32,089 nt of DNA from Candidatus Magasanikiibacteriota bacterium. GTDB taxonomy: Bacteria; Patescibacteriota; Patescibacteriia; Magasanikbacterales; UBA922. The position numbers and the translations under genes were made by a program. Below, in pieces: positions 18,243 through 28,619 of this stretch. The stretch spans positions 1 to 32,089 of the forward strand of contig JAAZJX010000012.1 in NCBI GenBank assembly GCA_012800155.1. Reading direction: 5' to 3'. A model generated the notes under the pieces. It was not told the DNA's origin. It worked only from the letters and a program-made list of their open reading frames with translations, and ran no database searches. The first letter of the stretch is position 1; each line of letters starts with the position of its first letter.

Positions 18243-18614
18243 TTATAAAACTTCTGGAGCCAATGAAGCAATCTTCTGAAAACCCTTGTTTCTTAATTCT
18301 CTAGCAATCGGTCCAAAAACTCGTGTACCTTTCATTTCTTTATTCTTTTTATCTACTACCACAGCAGCATTATCATCAAAACGAATATAAGTACCATCTG
18401 GACGACGTTTTTCTTTTCTTTGTCTAACAATCACAGCATGAACAATATCACCTTTTTTGATAGCCGCTCTTGGCACAGCTTCTTTTACAGTACAAGTAAT
18501 TATATCACCAATTACAGCGTAACGCTTTTTATAACCACCTAAAACACGAATGCATTGTAATTTTTTAGCACCACTATTATCGGCAACTTTTAACATTGAT
18601 CTATGCTGAATCAT
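18243..18614 (-). CDS. rplN: Ribosomal protein uL14
   Basis: [24 protein letters not shown]. Confidence 0.99.
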   Translation of the reverse strand: MIQHRSMLKVADNSGAKKLQCIRVLGGYKKRYAVIGDIITCTVKEAVPRAAIKKGDIVHAVIVRQRKEKRRPDGTYIRFDDNAAVVVDKKNKEMKGTRVFGPIARELRNKGFQKIASLAPEVL

Positions 18615-18620
18615 ATTTTT

Positions 18621-18893
18621 TTATTTAACAGCTTTCTTTAAAATTTTTATCAATCTCCATTTTTTTGTTTTACTAATTGGACGACATTCTTGAAATAAAA
18701 CTATATCTCCTAATTGAGCTTCATTCTTTTCATCATGAACTGCATACTTACGAGAAGTAACATATTGTTTTTTATATTTTTCATGAAGCTTTGTTGTTTT
18801 AACCAAAACATGGATTGTTTTATTTTCCTTCACACTTACCACTTCACCTTCAAATTGAAAATGTATAGCTTCTTTTTTTTCTGTTTTAGTCAT
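18621..18893 (-). CDS. rpsQ: Ribosomal protein uS17
   Basis: HDEKNEAQLGD, ECRPISKTKKWRL. Confidence 0.97.
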   Translation of the reverse strand: MTKTEKKEAIHFQFEGEVVSVKENKTIHVLVKTTKLHEKYKKQYVTSRKYAVHDEKNEAQLGDIVLFQECRPISKTKKWRLIKILKKAVK

Positions 18894-18898
18894 AACAT

Positions 18899-19102
18899 TT
18901 ATTTATTAGTTTGCTCTTCTTTTTTCTGATTTAATAAAGTCAAAATACGAGCAACTATTTTTTTATTCTTTTTAACCTCAGATAAATTTTTCATTTGCTT
19001 ACCACTAATCTTAAACTTCATTTCTCGTAGTTCATTTCTTTTTTCAGAAAGTAATTCATGTAAATCTCTTTCATTTTTATTTTTTAAATCCTTAAAATCC
19101 AT
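18899..19102 (-). CDS. rpmC: Ribosomal protein uL29
   Basis: Position in operon; KKIVARILTLL. Confidence 0.93.
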   Translation of the reverse strand: MDFKDLKNKNERDLHELLSEKRNELREMKFKISGKQMKNLSEVKKNKKIVARILTLLNQKKEEQTNK

Positions 19103-19106
19103 AGAA

Positions 19107-19520
19107 TTAATTTTTCTTAATAAATTTCGCCTTAACTGGTAATTTATAAATTGCCAAATTTATTGCTTCCCTTGCTTTATTTTCTGGAATACCTTCCATC
19201 TCAAACATTACAGTTCCTGGCTTAATAGTAGCAACATAATGATCAGGAGAACCTTTACCACCACCCATTGGAACCTCATTGCCTTTTTTGGTAACTGGAC
19301 GATCAGGAAATATTCTAATCCAAATCTTACCTCCACGTCTTACATAACGAGTTAAAACTTTTCTAACTGATTCTATTTGACGAGAAGTAACCCAACCATG
19401 TGTTTGTGAAACTAAACCAAAACTACCAAAATCTATTTTATTTGTTCTACTAGCAACTCCCTTATTTGCTCTTCTTGGCTTATGCCATTTTCTATGTTTT
19501 ACTTTTTTTGGTAATAACAT
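19107..19520 (-). CDS. rplP: Ribosomal protein uL16
   Basis: [27 protein letters not shown]. Confidence 0.98.
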   Translation of the reverse strand: MLLPKKVKHRKWHKPRRANKGVASRTNKIDFGSFGLVSQTHGWVTSRQIESVRKVLTRYVRRGGKIWIRIFPDRPVTKKGNEVPMGGGKGSPDHYVATIKPGTVMFEMEGIPENKAREAINLAIYKLPVKAKFIKKN

Positions 19521-19543
19521 ATTTCTAGATTACTTTCTTCAAA

Positions 19544-20251
19544 TTATTTATTAATATTTTTAGTTTCTTTCTTTTCAAGATTTTCATTTTTATCCATTTC
19601 AGTAAACTTATCTTTACGCCCAAATACTTCACCATGACAAATCCAAACTTTTACACCTATTTTTCCATAAATAGTATTAGCTTCTGAAAAAGCATAATCA
19701 ACATCTGAACGCAAAGTTATCAAAGGTACTGTACCAGCGGATAATTTTTCAGTTCGAGCAATTTCTACTCCATTTAAACGACCAGACATACAAATCTTTA
19801 CTCCCTTAGCTCCAGCTTTCATAGCTCTCTCAATACCTTGTTTCATAACTCTTCGAAAAGGCATACGGCGTTCAATATCAGCCACAAGAGTCTGAGACAA
19901 TACTTGAGCAGATAATGCTGGTGAAGAAACTTCTTTTATATTTAATTTTACTCGTAATGACATTTGTAAAAATTTTCTTTCAATTTCTTTTCGTAAATCA
20001 TCCAAACCTTTACCACCACGACCAATAATTAAACCTGGTTTTGCAGCCAAAATAGTGATAGTCATATCCTTTGGACTTCTTTCAATACTAAGAGAATCAA
20101 TATGAGCATCTTTAAATTTCTTTTTGAGATACTCACGTATTTTGATATCAGTTTCAATCATTTTAGGATAATTATTTTTCCCAAACCATTTGGAATCCCA
20201 AGTGTAAATGACTTGTATACGATGAATTTTTGGATGAACTTTATGACCCAT
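19544..20251 (-). CDS. rpsC: Ribosomal protein uS3
   Basis: MGHKVHP, PGLIIGRGG, SGRLNGVEIARTE. Confidence 0.98.
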   Translation of the reverse strand: MGHKVHPKIHRIQVIYTWDSKWFGKNNYPKMIETDIKIREYLKKKFKDAHIDSLSIERSPKDMTITILAAKPGLIIGRGGKGLDDLRKEIERKFLQMSLRVKLNIKEVSSPALSAQVLSQTLVADIERRMPFRRVMKQGIERAMKAGAKGVKICMSGRLNGVEIARTEKLSAGTVPLITLRSDVDYAFSEANTIYGKIGVKVWICHGEVFGRKDKFTEMDKNENLEKKETKNINK

Positions 20252-20261
20252 AAAATATTAA

Positions 20262-20732
20262 TTATTTTTTACTTTCCTTCTTAATAGTCTTTTTGACCGT
20301 TGTCTTTTTTACATTTTTTTTATTTTCATTTTTAACTTCTTTATTTTCTTCTACTTTTACTTTTTCTTTTTTAATTTTCTTTTTACCTTCTTTCACTTCT
20401 CCTTCTAATATTAGAGTAACATGTGAAGTGTGTTTATGTATAGCTGAAGCTCTTCCCATAGCTCTTGGCATCCAACGCTTTAACATTGGTCCTTTATCAA
20501 CAAAAGTTGTTTTAACAATTAAAGTATTTTCATCTAAACCATCATTATGTACAGCATTGGCAACAGCTGATTTTAATAACTTTAATACTGGTCTAGAAGC
20601 ATCTTTTTGAGAATTTTCTAATTGAGCAATAGCTTCTTCAACTTTCAAACCACGAATCAAATCAATCAACAATCTCACCTTACGAGGAGATGTTCTCAAA
20701 TATCTAAGTTTTGCAATAGCTTGAGCTTTCAT
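20262..20732 (-). CDS. rplV: Ribosomal protein uL22 with charged C-terminal tail
   Basis: SPRKVRL, SAVANA, PRAMGRA. Confidence 0.98.
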   Translation of the reverse strand: MKAQAIAKLRYLRTSPRKVRLLIDLIRGLKVEEAIAQLENSQKDASRPVLKLLKSAVANAVHNDGLDENTLIVKTTFVDKGPMLKRWMPRAMGRASAIHKHTSHVTLILEGEVKEGKKKIKKEKVKVEENKEVKNENKKNVKKTTVKKTIKKESKK

Positions 20733-20735
20733 ATA

Positions 20736-21023
20736 TTATTTTGCTTTCTTTTGTTCTTTTGCCATTTTACCACCATGGCTTATAAATTTACGAGTTGGAG
20801 AAAATTCTCCCATTTTATGACCTACCATATTTTCATCTACATATACTGGTAAAAAATCTTTTCCATTATGAACAGAAAAAGTCATGCCTACCATTTCAGG
20901 AGTGATAGTACAAGCACGAGCCCAAGTTTTAATAGGCTTTCGTTCACCAGTTTTTATTGCATTCATGACCTTTTTTAAAAGTTTTTCATCTACATAAGGT
21001 CCTTTTTTCAAACTTCTTGACAT
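20736..21023 (-). CDS. rpsS: Ribosomal protein uS19
   Basis: [25 protein letters not shown]. Confidence 0.99.
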   Translation of the reverse strand: MSRSLKKGPYVDEKLLKKVMNAIKTGERKPIKTWARACTITPEMVGMTFSVHNGKDFLPVYVDENMVGHKMGEFSPTRKFISHGGKMAKEQKKAK

Positions 21024-21051
21024 AACTTTTATTTAAACTATTTTTTAATTA

Positions 21052-21894
21052 TTATGTTTTTCTTTTTCTTCTTTGAACAATAAATTTATTACTCCACTTA
21101 TTTGGTTTTCTACTCTTAACACCGCGAGCCAATTTACCCCATTTTGTTTTTGGACCGCTCTTTAAACCAATTGGATTGCGTCCTTCACCACCACCATGAG
21201 GGTGATCGCAAGGATTCATACTCTTTCCTTTTACAGTAGGCTTAATACCTCTGTGTCTCATTCTTCCAGCTTTGCCCCATCTTACTAAAGAATAATCAGG
21301 ATTACTCACTTGTCCAATAGTAGCAAAACAATTTTTTAAAATTTTTCTTACTTCTCCAGAAGGTAATTTAATCTGAGCATAATCTCCTTCAATTACTTGT
21401 AACTGAGCAGAATTACCAGCACCACGAACTATTTGTCCACCTTTTCCAGGAGTTAATTCAATATTATGTACAAATAAACCAACTGGAATATTTTCCAAAG
21501 TTGTTCTATTACCAATCTTGGCTTCAATCTTTTTAGCACTAGATATTATTTTGTCACCTACTTTTATTCCATTTGGAGCCAAAAAATAAGCTTTTTTACC
21601 ATTAGTATATTCCACTAAGATTATTCTTGCTCCTCTATTTGGATCATATTCAATAGCTTTTACTTCAGCTTCAACATCAAAAATATTTCTTTTGAAATCA
21701 ACTTTTCTATACATTTTTTTAGCTCCACCGCCCTGATGACGAACAGTAATTCTTCCAGTATTATTTCTTCCAGCTTTCTTTTTTAATGGTTCAATCAATG
21801 ATTTTTCTGGAGTAGTTTTGGTAATATCAGAAAAATCTTGAACACTTGATTTGCGTCTGCCCGGTGTAGTTGGTTTGTGTAATTTAATAGTCAT
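21052..21894 (-). CDS. rplB: Ribosomal protein uL2
   Basis: [31 protein letters not shown]. Confidence 0.99.
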   Translation of the reverse strand: MTIKLHKPTTPGRRKSSVQDFSDITKTTPEKSLIEPLKKKAGRNNTGRITVRHQGGGAKKMYRKVDFKRNIFDVEAEVKAIEYDPNRGARIILVEYTNGKKAYFLAPNGIKVGDKIISSAKKIEAKIGNRTTLENIPVGLFVHNIELTPGKGGQIVRGAGNSAQLQVIEGDYAQIKLPSGEVRKILKNCFATIGQVSNPDYSLVRWGKAGRMRHRGIKPTVKGKSMNPCDHPHGGGEGRNPIGLKSGPKTKWGKLARGVKSRKPNKWSNKFIVQRRKRKT

Positions 21895-21899
21895 AAATA

Positions 21900-22322
21900 T
21901 TATACTCCTTCATGGATACTTATTGATTGTCCTGCAGGTAAGGTAACAATTGCTTTTTTCCATTCTTTTCTTTTACCTTTATTTCTGCCATGACGAACTT
22001 TTTTTCCTTCTACATTAATCATTCTTACATCTTTTGGTTTTATTCCATAAACTTCTTCAATAGCTTTTTTTACTTCTATTTTATTAGTTTTAGCATCAAC
22101 TACAAATACATAAGTCCCCTTACTTTCAGCAATAGCTGATTTTTCACTAATTAAAGGATTGATCAAAATAGAATATGAAATATTTTTTGTTTTTTTATTA
22201 GTAGAAACTTTTTTTACATTTTCTTCTTCTTTTTTATTAACTTTTTTGGCAATCTTAACATCAGTATCTTTGCTAACTGCTTTTTTATTATCTTTTTTTG
22301 TAATTTTATTTAATAAACCCAT
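21900..22322 (-). CDS. rplW: Ribosomal protein uL23 with N-terminal Lys-rich extension
   Basis: [21 protein letters not shown]. Confidence 0.97.
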   Translation of the reverse strand: MGLLNKITKKDNKKAVSKDTDVKIAKKVNKKEEENVKKVSTNKKTKNISYSILINPLISEKSAIAESKGTYVFVVDAKTNKIEVKKAIEEVYGIKPKDVRMINVEGKKVRHGRNKGKRKEWKKAIVTLPAGQSISIHEGV

Positions 22323-22323
22323 A

Positions 22324-22953
22324 TTATTTTGCTAAACGTTTTTCCAAAATTTCTATTCCTTTTTTAGTAATAATTATAAACTGATGATTAAGTAAATCTG
22401 CAACATTAACATCTTTTGCTTGTTGCATATTTAAATTTTTAATATTTCGTGTAGCTAAATTTAATTTTTGATTCACTTCATTAGCTAATAAAATTGTAGT
22501 TTTTCCAGCACCCGGTAATTTTGAACGTAAATCAGCTATTGGTTTTACTTTCCCTTCTACAGAAAAATCTTCAATAACAATCATTTTATTTTCAGCAACC
22601 TTATCACTTAAACACATTTTTACTGCCAAAGAATTCATTTTTTTATTAATTTTTTGTTTATAATTTCTAATGCTTAAAGGACCAAAAGTCACACCACCAC
22701 CAACCCACAAAGGTGAACGAATAGAACCATGACGAGCTCTACCTGTTCCCTTTTGTTTCCAAGGTTTTTTACCACCACCTCTTACCTCACTTCTATTTTT
22801 GGTATCAGCCCATGGTTCTCTAGAATTAGCAATAATTGCATTATACACTTGATAAACAACAGATAATTTTGGTTTAACACCAAAAATTGATTCATTCAAA
22901 TCTAAACTTCCACTTTCTTTACCTTCTTGATTGTAAACTTTTACTTTTAACAT
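22324..22953 (-). CDS. rplD: Ribosomal protein uL4
   Basis: GGGKKPWKQKGTGRARHGSIRSP. Confidence 0.99.
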   Translation of the reverse strand: MLKVKVYNQEGKESGSLDLNESIFGVKPKLSVVYQVYNAIIANSREPWADTKNRSEVRGGGKKPWKQKGTGRARHGSIRSPLWVGGGVTFGPLSIRNYKQKINKKMNSLAVKMCLSDKVAENKMIVIEDFSVEGKVKPIADLRSKLPGAGKTTILLANEVNQKLNLATRNIKNLNMQQAKDVNVADLLNHQFIIITKKGIEILEKRLAK

Positions 22954-22958
22954 AACAA

Positions 22959-23732
22959 TTAATTTTGTTTATCTTCTGTAACTAAATTTGTCTCAGATTT
23001 TTCTTCTTTTTCTTCTACAACATCTGCAGGTTCTTCAATATTTTTTACTTCTGAAACAGTTTCTTTCTTAGCTTCTTCATTATTTTCATTTTCTACAATT
23101 ATTTCTCCATCATTACAACTAATCAAAATTAAACTATTTTTTGCACCTGGAACAGCTCCTTTTATTAAAATATCATTTGTTTCAGGTAAAACTTCTATAA
23201 TTTCTAAATTTTTAATAGTTACTTGTTCATCACCCATATGTCCACCCATTCTAGTACCCTTTAATACACGCTGATTGTCAATTGCACCAATAGAACCAGG
23301 CATGCGTAATTGATCTTTGTGACCATGAGTAGCCAAAGAACCTTTAAAACGATGTCTTTTAACTACACCTTGAAAACCTTTTCCTTTGGAAGTACCGGTA
23401 ACTTGTACTTTTTCACCAGGTGTAAAAATTTTAACAGTAAAAATATCGCCTTTTTTTAAATTATGTTTTTCTACTTTTATTTCTTGTAAATTTCTTGGAC
23501 TTTCTTTTTCATTCCAAGCCACATCTTTTAGATGACCTTGTAAAGCTTTTGATAAACGAAAATTTTTTTGTTTACCAAAACCAAATTGGACAGCATTTAC
23601 TCCATCTTTTTCTTTAGTTTTTACTTGAGTGACAACACAAGGACCGGCTTGAATACGAGTAACTGGAATTACAATTCCATCTTCTCTAAAAACTTGAGTC
23701 ATTCCCTGTTTTTTACCTAAAATAAATTTCAT
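22959..23732 (-). CDS. rplC: Ribosomal protein uL3 with acidic C-terminal tail
   Basis: GKKQGMTQVF, SKGKGFQGVVKR, KGAVPGA. Confidence 0.99.
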   Translation of the reverse strand: MKFILGKKQGMTQVFREDGIVIPVTRIQAGPCVVTQVKTKEKDGVNAVQFGFGKQKNFRLSKALQGHLKDVAWNEKESPRNLQEIKVEKHNLKKGDIFTVKIFTPGEKVQVTGTSKGKGFQGVVKRHRFKGSLATHGHKDQLRMPGSIGAIDNQRVLKGTRMGGHMGDEQVTIKNLEIIEVLPETNDILIKGAVPGAKNSLILISCNDGEIIVENENNEEAKKETVSEVKNIEEPADVVEEKEEKSETNLVTEDKQN

Positions 23733-23945
23733 ATATATTTTTAAGCTTCGGGTAACAAAAAACTAGAAGCAAAATTTCAATAAATTAAAACTATGCTTCT
23801 AGCCTCTATTTTCACACAGAAATATAATGGCTTATTTTAAAAATTTCAATTTGCAAATTACCTCACTATTTTCATTATCTTTGACCCAGATGTTTTCCTA
23901 TTAGGATCTTATCTGATTTAAATAAATGAAACCTTCTAAAGTGGC
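23733..23945 (-). promoter_or_regulatory. Structured ~210-nt rplC 5' leader ending in a terminator-like hairpin
   Basis: Nested stems at 23864-23943; CTAGAAGCA/TGCTTCTAG stem (23763-23802) followed by T6 on minus. Confidence 0.6.
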
Positions 23946-23948
23946 TAT

Positions 23949-23977
23949 ATTTTAGTCTAATTTAATATCATTGTCAA
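23949..23977 (-). promoter_or_regulatory. sigma70 promoter for the rplC operon
   Basis: TTGACA-17-TAAAAT. Confidence 0.8.
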
Positions 23978-23993
23978 GAGTGTATTTTCTTTC

Positions 23994-24002
23994 TTATCCA
24001 CA
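23994..24002 (+). promoter_or_regulatory. DnaA box
   Basis: Exact consensus TTATCCACA. Confidence 0.6.
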
Positions 24003-24012
24003 ACTAGAAATT

Positions 24013-24351
24013 CTAATTCATCTTTATTTCAATATCAACACCACTTGGTAAATTTAAATTCATCAAAGCATCAATTGTTTTTGGATTTGGATCCAAAATA
24101 TCAATTAATCTTTTGTGAGTTCGCATTTCATATTGTTCAGAAGCTGTCTTATGAACAAAAGTAGAACGATTCACACTAAATTTATTCTTTTCAGTTGGTA
24201 ATGGTACTGGACCAACAACTTTGGCATTATTTCTTTCAGCTGTGTCAATGATAGTTTTAGTAGCTTTATCAATAATTTTATTATCGTAAGCTCTAATTTT
24301 GATACGAATTCTTTGACTATTTTCACTTTTACTCTTAACTGTATTATCCAT
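24013..24351 (-). CDS. rpsJ: Ribosomal protein uS10
   Basis: RIRIKIRAYD, GPVPLPT, HKRLIDI. Confidence 0.99.
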   Translation of the reverse strand: MDNTVKSKSENSQRIRIKIRAYDNKIIDKATKTIIDTAERNNAKVVGPVPLPTEKNKFSVNRSTFVHKTASEQYEMRTHKRLIDILDPNPKTIDALMNLNLPSGVDIEIKMN

Positions 24352-24387
24352 ATTAAAAAAATAAATGAACGTAATTAAGATAGAACA

Positions 24388-24414
24388 AGGAGGGTCTTTA
24401 ATTTAGACCCTCCT
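24388..24414 (-). terminator. Hairpin between tuf and rpsJ (leaky terminator or stabilising stem)
   Basis: AGGAGGGTCT-7nt-AGACCCTCCT, weak U tract. Confidence 0.55.
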
Positions 24415-24425
24415 CAATTCCATTA

Positions 24426-25616
24426 TTAAACAATAATTTTAGTTACTACACCAGCACCAACAGTGCGTCCACCTTCACGAATAGCAAAACGCATTTTTTC
24501 TTCCATAGCAACTGGTACAATCAATTTAACTTTAAAATTAACAGTATCACCAGGCATTACCATTTCAGTACCAGCTGGCAAAGTAACTTCACCAGTTACA
24601 TCAGTTGTACGAATATAAAATTGTGGTTTATAACCAGTGAAAAATGGTTTATGACGACCACCTTCTTCTTTTGTTAAAGCAATTACTTCAGCTTCAAATT
24701 CAGTATGAGGAGTAATAGTTCCTGGTTTAGCTAAAACTTGACCTCTTTCAACTTCATCTTTTTTGGTACTACGAAGCAAAATTCCAGCATTATCACCTGC
24801 TTCACCTTGTTGTAAACTTTTGTTAAACATTTCTACACCAGTAACAGTAGTTTTAGTAACTTCTGCACCCATACCAACAATTTCAACTTCATCACCAACT
24901 TTTATTAAACCTCTTTCAATACGTCCAGTAACTACAGTACCACGACCATCAATTGAAAAAACATCTTCAATTGGCATTAAAAAATCTTTATCTAAAGGTC
25001 TTTCTGGAGTTGGAATATATTCATCCATACTCTTCAAAAGATCCAAAATTGGTTTAGAAGCAGCTTCATCACTAGGATTTTCCAAAGCTTTCAAAGCTGA
25101 ACCACGAATAATAGGAGTCTTATCACCAGGAAAATTATATTTATTCAATAAATCTCTAACTTCTTCTTCAACCAAATCAATTAATTCTGGATCAGAAACT
25201 TGATCAACTTTATTTAAAAATACCACAATATAAGGCACACCTACTTGACGAGCAAGCAAAATATGTTCTCGAGTCTGTGGCATTGGACCATCAGCAGCAG
25301 AAACTACTAAAATAGCACCATCCATTTGAGCAGCACCAGTAATCATGTTTTTAACATAGTCAGCATGACCTGGACAATCTACATGAGCATAATGTCTAGC
25401 TTCAGACTCATATTCTACGTGAGTAGTGGAAATAGTAATACCACGAGCCTTCTCTTCTGGCGCAGCATCAATCTCATCAACATTTTTAGATTGAGCAAAC
25501 AAACCATGAGCAGCAGCTACTTTTAAAATAGAAGCTGTAAGAGTAGTCTTGCCGTGATCTACATGACCAATAGTACCCACATTAACGTGTGGCTTTGATC
25601 TTAAAAATTCTGCCAT
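24426..25616 (-). CDS. tuf: Elongation factor Tu
   Basis: [31 protein letters not shown]. Confidence 0.99.
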   Translation of the reverse strand: MAEFLRSKPHVNVGTIGHVDHGKTTLTASILKVAAAHGLFAQSKNVDEIDAAPEEKARGITISTTHVEYESEARHYAHVDCPGHADYVKNMITGAAQMDGAILVVSAADGPMPQTREHILLARQVGVPYIVVFLNKVDQVSDPELIDLVEEEVRDLLNKYNFPGDKTPIIRGSALKALENPSDEAASKPILDLLKSMDEYIPTPERPLDKDFLMPIEDVFSIDGRGTVVTGRIERGLIKVGDEVEIVGMGAEVTKTTVTGVEMFNKSLQQGEAGDNAGILLRSTKKDEVERGQVLAKPGTITPHTEFEAEVIALTKEEGGRHKPFFTGYKPQFYIRTTDVTGEVTLPAGTEMVMPGDTVNFKVKLIVPVAMEEKMRFAIREGGRTVGAGVVTKIIV

Positions 25617-25741
25617 ACGTACATTATTTTACCGCATCAATTCGAGTGGTCGAAATTGATTTTGTTATCCAGCGGTGTATGTAATTTAAAAAATATATAA
25701 CATTTGGGATATTAAAAAATGCCCAAAATTAGACGGCTGTA

Positions 25742-25770
25742 ATTATAACTAAAATATTATAGAACGTCAA
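25742..25770 (-). promoter_or_regulatory. sigma70 promoter for tuf-rpsJ
   Basis: TTGACG-17-TATAAT. Confidence 0.8.
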
Positions 25771-25834
25771 GAGCATAAACTGGGGACAAAACATAAATAT
25801 AAATTATAAAACATAAATCAAAAAAATAAAATAA

Positions 25835-25862
25835 TAAAATCACCCTACTTCAGGATGATTTA
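25835..25862 (-). terminator. Terminator after the orphan gene
   Basis: AAATCATCCT-GAAGT-AGGGTGATTT then T-rich run on minus. Confidence 0.7.
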
Positions 25863-25877
25863 TTTTTTATTTCTTCA

Positions 25878-26423
25878 TTAAACTGGTTCTTCATAAAAAA
25901 CTGGCTCCTCATCATTCACTAAATTATTTTCATTCCAATTAATCTCTGATTCTTCCTGTTTAAAAGGAACATTTTTTACTCCTTCATTTAAAAATTCTTC
26001 TCCTGTAATAGAAGAATAATTTTGATCATTTTCTTTTTTTGTTAATGAAATATTTTTAAATTTATCTTCCAAAATATCACCTGCTGTATGCCATTCTGTA
26101 GGATGATAATCAACTTCCGAAAAAGGATCAAAAGGCACAAGATCATCATATTCATCTTCTAAGATCATTTCATTTTCCCATTTTTCATCTAACTCTTTAT
26201 CTGCTCGCCAAATTGCAATATCACGATTAATTTGATCCAAAAGTTGTTCACTAGTCAAACCTCGAACATTACTATTTCTATAATTAATACTATTATTTTC
26301 TATTATTTTTTCATATTCCCCTACACTCATAATAACTATATCCCGATCTTCAAATGAATCATGGATAATAAGACGATCTCCTGTTCTTTTGGCTAAATTT
26401 ATTAAACGATCTAATGATGACAT
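25878..26423 (-). CDS. Hypothetical protein: Phd/YefM-like N-terminus, acidic C-terminus
   Basis: 181-aa ORF with its own promoter and terminator; RLIIHD...IVIMSVGEYEKI. Confidence 0.8.
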   Translation of the reverse strand: MSSLDRLINLAKRTGDRLIIHDSFEDRDIVIMSVGEYEKIIENNSINYRNSNVRGLTSEQLLDQINRDIAIWRADKELDEKWENEMILEDEYDDLVPFDPFSEVDYHPTEWHTAGDILEDKFKNISLTKKENDQNYSSITGEEFLNEGVKNVPFKQEESEINWNENNLVNDEEPVFYEEPV

Positions 26424-26456
26424 ATTTTTTTAATTATTGATTTATTTTATTATAGA

Positions 26457-26485
26457 ATTATAACGAGAATATTAAATGGAGTCAA
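26457..26485 (-). promoter_or_regulatory. sigma70 promoter for the orphan gene
   Basis: TTGACT-17-TATAAT. Confidence 0.75.
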
Positions 26486-26500
26486 GAAAAAAATATTAAC

Positions 26501-26530
26501 AAAAATAAAATCACCCTTTTAGGTGATTAT
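26501..26530 (-). terminator. Terminator of the 16S transcript
   Basis: AATCACC-TAAAAG-GGTGATT followed by TTATTTTT on minus. Confidence 0.75.
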
Positions 26531-26536
26531 TTTATT

Positions 26537-26560
26537 TTCACGGCAAGAATGTGACAAAGA
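26537..26560 (-). other. 3' arm of the 16S processing stem (pairs with 28229-28252)
   Basis: CAAGAATGTGACAAAGA is the exact reverse complement of 28229-28245; extends to 22/24. Confidence 0.85.
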
Positions 26561-26646
26561 TTTTTAACGTCTACTCTGACAATTTGATCCCGATCAAGAT
26601 CGGAACCAACTTATGGATATGTTCTGTTTTCACAGAAATTTCTCCA

Positions 26647-28151
<1,505 letters not shown>

Positions 28152-28228
28152 GAGTTTTAATCCTTCAAAATGAAGGTATATAATTCATTGTACGAAATAG
28201 ACGTCTTGTTTCAATAAATTGAAACTTG

Positions 28229-28252
28229 TCTTTGTCACATTCTTGATGTGAA
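28229..28252 (-). other. 5' arm of the 16S processing stem
   Basis: Inverted repeat with 26537-26560. Confidence 0.85.
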
Positions 28253-28300
28253 TTTTTATACTATAATTATTGGAAGAAATAATTATAGTTTTGTGGTTGT

Positions 28301-28317
28301 TAAATTGTTAAAGTTCA
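28301..28317 (-). promoter_or_regulatory. boxA-like rRNA antitermination site
   Basis: TGAACTTTAACAATTTA vs the E. coli rrn leader TGCTCTTTAACAATTTA (15/17, from memory). Confidence 0.55.
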
Positions 28318-28515
28318 TTTCTAATTTAGTAAAATATTTTACTAGTAAAGAAAAAAGAGAAACCCATTATTTTCCTTCAATATACCGAGGACAAGAGTTG
28401 CTCTTTTTTCTTCCCAGTTTAGTTTGCTAAAACTTTAATAAAAATAATTATCTAACTTAAATACTCTAACTACTTAAGAAAATTTAAATTGTAAATATTT
28501 TTTACTTGCTTGATA

Positions 28516-28544
28516 ATTTTATATTAAATCAAAAAACTTGTCAA
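28516..28544 (-). promoter_or_regulatory. sigma70 promoter for 16S rRNA
   Basis: TTGACA-17-TAAAAT. Confidence 0.8.
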
Positions 28545-28619
28545 GAGAAAGATATGCACAGTTTTGGGGATAAAATAAAAAAATCTAAAAACAAAGACTA
28601 AACTACCTAAATATTTATT

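Noticed and set aside
23994-24002. Replication origin
   Set aside because: One perfect DnaA box only, no cluster, no dnaA/dnaN and no strand switch.
25835-26530. Two similar AAAATCACCCT...GATT hairpins flanking the orphan gene as possible element ends
   Set aside because: Each is explained as a terminator; the match is short and no transposase is present.
26584-26609. CCGATC-AA-GATCGG hairpin in the 16S trailer as another micro-element
   Set aside because: Single copy here; a pre-rRNA trailer hairpin explains it.
28248-28430. 60-aa plus-strand ORF in the 16S leader
   Set aside because: Non-ATG start, antisense to the pre-rRNA, overlaps the processing stem and boxA.
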